A stretch of 64,000 bases of DNA from Elusimicrobiota bacterium (GTDB lineage Bacteria > Elusimicrobiota > Elusimicrobia > UBA1565), in the NCBI GenBank assembly GCA_041650695.1, contig JBAZKS010000013.1, positions 8,600 through 72,599 on the forward strand. Direction: 5' to 3'. Numbering within the stretch: the stretch's first letter is position 1; each line of letters begins with the position of its first letter. This document shows positions 57,168 through 64,000 of this stretch, one piece after another. The translations under genes and the position numbers were made by a program. The notes under the pieces are model-generated. The model was not told the DNA's origin. It saw nothing but the letters and a program-made list of their open reading frames with translations, and searched no databases.

Positions 57168-57491
57168 TTACTTGACCTTGCAGGTCCTGTCGGTCTTGAC
57201 CCACCCGTTTCCGACGCGGGTCCGGACCGAGATGCGGTGGGAGCCGGTCTGCTCCGGCGACCAGTCATACCAGGAAAAGCCGTCGGCGCTGCGGCATGCC
57301 TGCCACGGGCCGTCGTCGATGGATATCTCGCACTCGCCTCCGCCGGCCGAGACGCGGACGGCGTAGTGGCCGCGGCCCACGCTCTCGCCCGCCTGCGGAT
57401 AGTCGATGCTCAGCGCGGAGCCTCGGCCCGTCTTGAAAACCTTCCCGGACAGAATGTCTGTGATCTTCGCCATCATCCCCTCCATGCCCAC
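57168..57491 (-). CDS. Small hypothetical protein (~100 aa)
   Basis: MAKITDILSGKVFKTGRGSALSIDYPQ...; the start is ambiguous among several Met codons between 57473 and 57491. Confidence 0.5.
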   Translation of the reverse strand: MGMEGMMAKITDILSGKVFKTGRGSALSIDYPQAGESVGRGHYAVRVSAGGGECEISIDDGPWQACRSADGFSWYDWSPEQTGSHRISVRTRVGNGWVKTDRTCKVK

Positions 57492-57560
57492 CAGTGGAGC
57501 ATACCTAATTTCTCTCGCGGCGAACCAGGAGGAAATCCCAGCAGCGATTACTCAGTGGGG

Positions 57561-57860
57561 TCACCCTTCGCCCGCGTGATGCCATCGAGGCAGGCGCTCC
57601 GGCGACTCGACCGGGTTCTCCCCGGAGTAGCTCTGGATCAGGCCCCTCAGCGTGGGATCGCCCGGATGATACGTCAGCGCGCTCTTAAGGAACTCCAAGG
57701 CGCTCCCGCGCTTGCCCATCTGCCAGAGGGACTCCGCGATCTTGATGATGCCTTCCAAGTCCTCGGGGTGTTCCTTCAGCCGCTTCTCGCACACCGCGAG
57801 CATGTCGCGCGAGCCGTCCCAAGGCCGTTTCCCGGGGACCCCGTCGGTCTTGTCGGCCAT
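57561..57860 (-). CDS. Small TPR-like helical hypothetical protein (99 aa)
   Basis: A helical repeat-like sequence (IAESLWQMGKRGSALEFLKSALTYHPGDP). Confidence 0.5.
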   Translation of the reverse strand: MADKTDGVPGKRPWDGSRDMLAVCEKRLKEHPEDLEGIIKIAESLWQMGKRGSALEFLKSALTYHPGDPTLRGLIQSYSGENPVESPERLPRWHHAGEG

Positions 57861-57868
57861 CGCCTCGT

Positions 57869-58036
57869 CTACTTCCTGCGCGACTTCTGGGGCTTAAGCT
57901 CCGCGGGAGGCGGCGGAGGCGGCGCCGTCTGATCGAGGACCATCGGCTGGCCGCAGCACTGCGGGGGCGGAGTCTGGAGCGAGCCGTGCGAGCTCTTGTG
58001 GTTCTTGTTCAAGGCGCATACGTACTCTGCGATCAT
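57869..58036 (-). CDS. Small Cys/Pro-rich peptide (55 aa)
   Basis: MIAEYVCALNKNHKSSHGSLQTPPPQCCGQPMVLDQTAPPPPPPAELKPQKSRRK. Its ATG overlaps the stop of the upstream PtsN-like gene as ATGA. The 5' part of the track ORF is spurious. Confidence 0.4.
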   Translation of the reverse strand: MIAEYVCALNKNHKSSHGSLQTPPPQCCGQPMVLDQTAPPPPPPAELKPQKSRRK

Positions 58037-58545
58037 TCTCCCTCCTGTCGTTCGGCCGAAAGCACTCCGCAGACGGACTCCAGGTCCGCGGCCGTCCTGA
58101 GCCGGTAAAGCGTCTTCTCGTCGAAGAGTTTCTTGCGCGCCCAATGAGGGATGCCGCTCCCCGCAGCTCCCTTCGGGCTGAGGAACAGGGCCGTGGCGTA
58201 CACGCGCTCGGGCCCCATCCCCTCCGAGGAGATGCCGAGCGCCGCGCGCGGCTCCGCGAGCCCTTCCACGCGCAGGTGGAGCAGCGCCGCGCCCCTATGG
58301 GACTCGATGCAGCTTCCGTCTTCGATGCCTTGCGCCAGGGTCTTCGAGATCTCCGCGCTGCGAGAAAAGACCTTGCCCGCCCCGTGCAGGGCCTTGGGCA
58401 CGAGCCTCTTGGCGGCTTCCGCGAGATCGATGGGCCCCAGCCCGATGAGGATGGACATCCGGCTCAAACCGCTAAGGCCTGCGAACGAGGTCCCGTTCCC
58501 CTTAACGGGGCCGCGGGTCCGGATCAGTTTGGGGTCGGTCATCAT
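58033..58545 (-). CDS. PTS EIIA type-2 (PtsN/nitrogen-regulatory IIA-like) domain protein
   Basis: The C-terminal half aligns with PtsN: GSCIESHRGAA corresponds to GIAIPHGK (His retained), and LFLSPKG...HW..ARKKLFDEKTLYRLRTAADLESV corresponds to LLVPADQ...HL..VAKRLADKTICRRLRAAQSDEEL. No other PTS genes are nearby. Confidence 0.65.
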   Translation of the reverse strand: MMTDPKLIRTRGPVKGNGTSFAGLSGLSRMSILIGLGPIDLAEAAKRLVPKALHGAGKVFSRSAEISKTLAQGIEDGSCIESHRGAALLHLRVEGLAEPRAALGISSEGMGPERVYATALFLSPKGAAGSGIPHWARKKLFDEKTLYRLRTAADLESVCGVLSAERQEGE

Positions 58546-58618
58546 CTTGCAAAATACTTATATGGTTATATGCTCAGATGGTCATATTATAGAGTTAACA
58601 GGGCTATTTTGCAAGGGC
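58546..58618. promoter_or_regulatory. AT-rich segment flanked by the inverted repeat CTTGCAAAATA...TATTTTGCAAG, abutting the PtsN-like start codon
   Basis: About 70 bp of AT-rich DNA in a 68% GC genome. The minus-strand reading contains ctcTATAATatg; no Shine-Dalgarno lies between the repeat and the ATG. Confidence 0.35.
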
Positions 58619-58697
58619 GCCCGACGCCTACCCCGCGGTCTGCGACGCCTGCTTCAAGCTCAGCGGCCCGCTGAAGTCGGGTCTAAATCCGCCTGAA

Positions 58698-59759
<1,062 letters not shown>

Positions 59760-59800
59760 CTTTCGGACCTCCGGAACGGATATTTTATAGCATTACCCCG

Positions 59801-61801
59801 ATGTTCGTCGCGCTGCTCGCCGTGCTCATGGCCGTGGCCCTCGCCGGGCTGGCTCCGGCCGCCTTCCTGTTCGGCCACGGCTACTACAAGTTCAAGACCC
59901 TGGAAGCCTCCGTCACCTCCAAGATGGACAAGTACTACCTGGCCGTGACCGCGCCCGAGCGCGCCGAGTACCTGCTCTCGGACGACGAGGTCTTCGAGGT
60001 CCCGTACATGGCCTCCACCCTGAGCGCCGCGCCCGAGCCCTCGCGCATCTACGATTCGACCGGCCGGCTCATCGGCGAGTTCGCCAAGGACCGAGAGCTC
60101 TACGCAGGGGACCCAGCCCAGCTGCCGGATTGGCTCAAGAAGGCCCTGGTCGCCACCGAGGACCGGACTTTTTACTCGCACCACGGGGTCAACTACCTCG
60201 CCATGGCCAAGGCGCTCGCGGACGACGTGTTCTCGACGCGCAGGACCCCCGGCCGGAGCACGCTCACCCAGCAGCTGGCCAAGCTCCTGTTCACCACGCG
60301 CCAGCGCACCTGGTCGCGCAAGGTCTTCGAGCTCTTCTGCGCCAAGAAGCTGGAGTCGAAGTTCACCAAGGACCAGATACTCCTCATGTACCTCGACTTC
60401 GCCTACTTCGGCCACGGCTGCTTCGGCATCGAGGCCGCCTCCCGCCTCTATTTCAACAAGCCCGCCGCGTCCCTGGAGCTGGGCGAGGCCGCGATGCTCG
60501 TAGGGATCCTTCCGAGCCCGAACAAATACTCCCCCTTCATCGACCCCGACCTGGCCCAAGCCAGGCACCGCACCGTGCTCCGCCGCATGGCCCAGGCCGG
60601 CTTCATCCCGGCCGCCGCGGTCGAGCGCTACAGCCGCGAGTTCTGGCAGTCCATGGCCGGCCGGATGAGGCTCCCGCAGACCTCCTTCTGGAGGATGTCC
60701 GTCAACGAAGCCCCCTACTTCATCGAGCACGTACGCAGGCAGCTGGAAGACGAGTACACCAAGGAACGGGTCCTGAAGGGGGGCTTAAGGGTCTACACCA
60801 CCCTGGACCTCGGAGCCCAAAGGGCGGCGGAGGGGGCTCTCCTAGACGGGCTTCGGGCCGAGACCGAGCATTTCAAGCTCACCCACCCGTCCGCCACGGC
60901 CTCGGTAGAAGGGGCCTTCGCGGCCGTGGACCCTGCGAGCGGAGGCATCCTGGCCATGGTCGGCGGAAGCGGCTATAGCTTTCGCAACCAGCTCGACCGG
61001 GCCTCGGGGGGCCGCAGACCCATCGGGTCCTCGGTCAAGCCCTTCGTCTACGCCGTCGCGTTCGAGAAAGGGACGTTCACCCCGGAGGACAAACTCACGG
61101 ACGAGCGCGTGCGCTACCGGCAGGGTCCGGGACGGACCTGGTCTCCCAGGAACTACGGGAACAAGTACTACGGCGAGGTGACCCTGCGCCTGGCGGTGGC
61201 CAGGTCTCTGAACACGGTCGCGGTGCAGGTCCTGGCCGCGCTCGACATCGATGACGTCATCGCCCTGCTCTCAGGGGCGAGCGGAGCGGCCGCCTCGAAT
61301 TTCCAGAGGGACCTCACCTTGGCCCTGGGCACCTGCTCGCTCACGCCCGTGGAGCTGGCGGCGGCCTATTCCATCTTCGTGAACGACGGCCGCCCTGTCC
61401 GCCCGCACTCCATCGTCAAGGTCGAGGACCGGGACGGGAAAGTCCTGCGGGAGCACGCCCCGGCGGCCGAGCCCCCCCTGCTGAGCACGGCCACCTGCCA
61501 CGCCATGCTCGACGTCCTACAGGGAGTCTTCCAGGCGGAGGGCACCGCGTACGCCGTCGCCAAGCGCGACGGATTCAGCATGCCGGCGGCCGGCAAGACC
61601 GGGACCACGGACGACTACCGGGACGCCTGGATGGCGGGCGTCACTCCGGACATCTCCGCCGTGGTGCGCATCGGGAACGACGACATGCGCCTCTCTCTGG
61701 GCGACGGCCGCAGCGGCGGGTCCGTGGCCGCTCCCGTGTGGGTCCGGTTCATGAAGGAAGTCTACCGCCACCGCCCCACGCGCCCTTTCCCCGGATTTTA
61801 G
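59801..61801 (+). CDS. Class A penicillin-binding protein (bifunctional transglycosylase/transpeptidase)
   Basis: GT51 motifs (ATEDRTFYSHHGV, RRTPGRSTLTQQL) and transpeptidase SSVKP, SLN, KTGT motifs; N-terminal TM anchor. Confidence 0.9.
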   Translation: MFVALLAVLMAVALAGLAPAAFLFGHGYYKFKTLEASVTSKMDKYYLAVTAPERAEYLLSDDEVFEVPYMASTLSAAPEPSRIYDSTGRLIGEFAKDRELYAGDPAQLPDWLKKALVATEDRTFYSHHGVNYLAMAKALADDVFSTRRTPGRSTLTQQLAKLLFTTRQRTWSRKVFELFCAKKLESKFTKDQILLMYLDFAYFGHGCFGIEAASRLYFNKPAASLELGEAAMLVGILPSPNKYSPFIDPDLAQARHRTVLRRMAQAGFIPAAAVERYSREFWQSMAGRMRLPQTSFWRMSVNEAPYFIEHVRRQLEDEYTKERVLKGGLRVYTTLDLGAQRAAEGALLDGLRAETEHFKLTHPSATASVEGAFAAVDPASGGILAMVGGSGYSFRNQLDRASGGRRPIGSSVKPFVYAVAFEKGTFTPEDKLTDERVRYRQGPGRTWSPRNYGNKYYGEVTLRLAVARSLNTVAVQVLAALDIDDVIALLSGASGAAASNFQRDLTLALGTCSLTPVELAAAYSIFVNDGRPVRPHSIVKVEDRDGKVLREHAPAAEPPLLSTATCHAMLDVLQGVFQAEGTAYAVAKRDGFSMPAAGKTGTTDDYRDAWMAGVTPDISAVVRIGNDDMRLSLGDGRSGGSVAAPVWVRFMKEVYRHRPTRPFPGF

Positions 61802-61814
61802 TAGAATCCACCCC

Positions 61815-63350
61815 GTGAGAAGAGTGCATCGGCTCATCCTGGCCGCCTGCAGCCGTGTGCGCGAGGTGGAGCCCAACGACCATTTCACCAAGGCCACGTC
61901 CATCCCCGGCACCTGCAAGGTCGGCGGCACCATGGCCACGGCCGCGGACATCGACGCGTTCAAGCTCGAGGTGTCCAAGCCCGGCCAGTCTTTGGACCTG
62001 CACGTGGGCGGCATCCGCGACATGGATTTCGTGCTCAAGGTCATGGACGGCGAGCGCCGCGAGCTCAAGCGCTACGACGAGACCTCCTCGGGAGGAGATG
62101 AGCGCGGCCTCGACATCGGCCTCGATCCCGGCGCCTATTACATCGAGCTCAGCAACAAGAACCCCAAGGCGAACAACCCGGAGCAGGGCTACGCCCTGGA
62201 CGCGGTCCTCTCCTCCTCCGAGGGACGCGAGCGCGAGCCCGACGACCGCGCGCTCGAAGCCACGGCCCTTCGGCCCGGGGGCGTGCTGCGCGGACACTAC
62301 TACCCCTCCCGCAACCTCCTCAACGAAGCGAACTCCTTCCAGGAGGAGGACTGGTTCAAGGTCGAGGTCCCCCAGGAAGGGCGCTACCTGCTCAACGTGG
62401 ACGTGAGCGAGGTCCCTGGGGTGGACCCGGTGCTGGAGATCTACGATCTCAACTCCTACATGCTCAAGGCGGTCGATACCACGGGGCCCGGTGGAGCCGA
62501 ATCCTTCAAGGGCTTCGGCGTGAAAGGCCCGGCCCAGTTCCACCTGCGCCTGCGCAGCAAGGCGGCCAACGCGGCGAACGCGGAGGTGCGCTACGAGATG
62601 CTCTCGGAGCTGGTCCCCTACCAGGGCAGCTACGAGTTCGAGCCCAACGACCAGAGGCTCGACGCCACGCCCTTCGACGGCGAGACCATGCAGGGCACGG
62701 TCTCGCCGGTGGGGGACGCGGACTGGTACAAGTTCACGGTGGCGGGCGACTCGCGCCGCATCCTCGGCGTGACCCTGGGCGGGCTCATCGGCATGGACCT
62801 CAAGATGACGTTCGCCGACGACATCGGCAGGCCTCTGCTCGAGATCGACAACGCCGGCGAGGAGCAATCCGAAGTCCTCACCGGGGTGGGTCTGATGAGC
62901 GGGGACACCTACCTGATCGTCGCCGAGAAGACCGGCAAGAAGGCGGAGCCGCGCCGCGCCTACACCTTGACTCGGACCCTGGTCGAGGCGCAGCCGGGCC
63001 TGGAGTTCGAGCTCAACAACAGTTCGGCCTCGGCCCAGCCCCTGCAGGTCGGAAGCTCGGTGGACGGCTCCATCGCCCCCAAGGGCGACGAAGATTGGTA
63101 CGAATTCAACGTCTACGCCAAAGGGCAGGTCGTGACGGAATTGACCGGGGTGCTCAACGTGACCCCGGCCATGGAGCTCTTCGACCCGGACGGGAATCCC
63201 CTGGCCCAGGCCCTGGCGAAGAAGCCCGGAGAGGGATTGACCCTGTCCAAAGAGCTGGACCCCGGAACCTACCAACTGAAGCTCAAGCCGCAGGACCCGA
63301 AGCAGGTCAATGTCCGCGACAAGTACACGCTCAGGATCCGCGGCAAGTAG
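61815..63350 (+). CDS. Lipoprotein with four tandem PPC (pre-peptidase C-terminal)-like repeats
   Basis: Lipobox LILAAC at the N-terminus. Four ~125-aa repeats each open with E-x-E-P-N-D/E-[PL]-N-D and close with D-x-D-W-[YF]-[KE]-F (EVEPNDHF...DIDAFKLEV, EREPDDRA...EEDWFKVEV, EFEPNDQR...DADWYKFTV, EFELNNSS...DEDWYEFNV). Confidence 0.7.
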   Translation: MRRVHRLILAACSRVREVEPNDHFTKATSIPGTCKVGGTMATAADIDAFKLEVSKPGQSLDLHVGGIRDMDFVLKVMDGERRELKRYDETSSGGDERGLDIGLDPGAYYIELSNKNPKANNPEQGYALDAVLSSSEGREREPDDRALEATALRPGGVLRGHYYPSRNLLNEANSFQEEDWFKVEVPQEGRYLLNVDVSEVPGVDPVLEIYDLNSYMLKAVDTTGPGGAESFKGFGVKGPAQFHLRLRSKAANAANAEVRYEMLSELVPYQGSYEFEPNDQRLDATPFDGETMQGTVSPVGDADWYKFTVAGDSRRILGVTLGGLIGMDLKMTFADDIGRPLLEIDNAGEEQSEVLTGVGLMSGDTYLIVAEKTGKKAEPRRAYTLTRTLVEAQPGLEFELNNSSASAQPLQVGSSVDGSIAPKGDEDWYEFNVYAKGQVVTELTGVLNVTPAMELFDPDGNPLAQALAKKPGEGLTLSKELDPGTYQLKLKPQDPKQVNVRDKYTLRIRGK

Positions 63351-63366
63351 GACGCAAGGAGCTCAG

Positions 63367-64000
63367 ATGACGAGGACGACGCGGCTGACGGACGAGGACC
63401 TCCACTACTTCAACGAGGGCTCGCAGGTGCGGGGCTACGAGAAGCTGGGGGCGCACATCGTGAAAGACCCGGCCGGGACGCACTTCGCGGTCTGGGCCCC
63501 GGATGCCGAGCGCGTCTGCGTGGTCGGGGACTTCAACGGCTGGACCAAGGGCACCCACCCCATGAAAGCGCGCGGGAGCTCCGGCATCTGGGAGCTCTTC
63601 ATCCCCGGCGTGGGCCATGGCGCCTGCTACAAGTACCACGTGGCGTCGCGCTATCACGCGTACAAGGCGGACAAGGCGGACCCCTACGCGATCCATACCG
63701 AGACCCCGCCGAAGACGGGGTCGAAGGTCTGGGACCTGGACTACTCCTGGGGCGACGAGGGATGGATGCGTTCGCGCGGCAAGAAGAACGCGCTCGACGC
63801 CCCCATCTCCATCTACGAGGCCCATCTCGGCTCCTGGATGCGCGTGCCCGAAGACGGGAACCGTTCCCTGAACTACCGGGAGGCCGCCCACAAGCTGGCC
63901 GACCACATGGTCTACACAGGGTTCACGCACGTGGAACTGCTGCCCATCATGGAGCATCCCTTCACCGGCTCCTGGGGCTACCAGACCACGGGCTACTTCG
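63367..64000 (+). CDS. glgB: 1,4-alpha-glucan branching enzyme, 5' partial (continues beyond the window)
   Basis: The N-terminal region LTDEDLHYFNEGSQVRGYEKLGAH...FAVWAPDAERVCVVGDFNGW...YKYHV matches GlgB CBM48/N-domain. The frame is open to the window end. Confidence 0.85.
   Translation, partial: MTRTTRLTDEDLHYFNEGSQVRGYEKLGAHIVKDPAGTHFAVWAPDAERVCVVGDFNGWTKGTHPMKARGSSGIWELFIPGVGHGACYKYHVASRYHAYKADKADPYAIHTETPPKTGSKVWDLDYSWGDEGWMRSRGKKNALDAPISIYEAHLGSWMRVPEDGNRSLNYREAAHKLADHMVYTGFTHVELLPIMEHPFTGSWGYQTTGYF

Noticed and set aside
58546-58640. Sigma-54 (-24/-12) promoter upstream of the PtsN-like gene
   Set aside because: TTGCA elements are present, but no GG-N10-GC spacing matches the TGGCAC-N5-TTGCA consensus.

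Overview
This is a high-GC (~68%) bacterial chromosomal window made up mostly of core genes. Plus strand, 486-15425: rpsB-tsf-pyrH-frr-uppS-cdsA-rseP, then proS, rimP-nusA-infB-rbfA-truB-ribF. A convergent rlmH follows. On the minus strand from 18500 down to 15720 is a translationally coupled four-gene operon of hypothetical envelope proteins (one cytoplasmic, two secreted, one multi-pass membrane); a separate secreted repeat-protein gene (18702-19961) lies just upstream. Minus strand, 19963-29860: an 11-gene nuoABCDHIJKLMN complex I operon with no nuoE/F/G in the window. Directly upstream of nuoA is a 59-aa histone-fold gene that is absent from the ORF track, then tRNA-Met(CAT). Continuing on the minus strand: acd-etfB-etfA, rnc, acpP-fabG-plsX-rpmF-yceD. 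Those run together with GT2, patatin-like, GT4, TPR-SpoIID and hypothetical genes as one head-to-tail string. Next is a large GYF/DUF4339 proline-rich membrane protein, then tRNA-Lys(CTT) and tRNA-Leu(TAG). After a metallophosphoesterase gene come tig-clpP-lon (no clpX), a class-V aminotransferase, and a signal-peptide-bearing Lon-like (COG1067) protease with a degenerate Walker A. tRNA-Asn(GTT) is followed by three hairpins. The window ends with a small-protein cluster headed by a PtsN-like EIIA, a DegP/HtrA protease, a class A PBP, a lipoprotein with four PPC-like repeats, and the 5' part of glgB. Non-genic signals are a 29-bp tandem repeat (3.5 copies) between nuoK and nuoL and a recurring 20-bp palindrome ACTGTGG-N4-CCACAGT at three intergenic sites. 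There are also several rho-independent terminators and an AT-rich inverted repeat abutting the PtsN-like start codon. No CRISPR array, IS element or rRNA was seen. Many long ORFs in the track are antisense or alternative-frame artefacts of the GC-rich sequence and were rejected.
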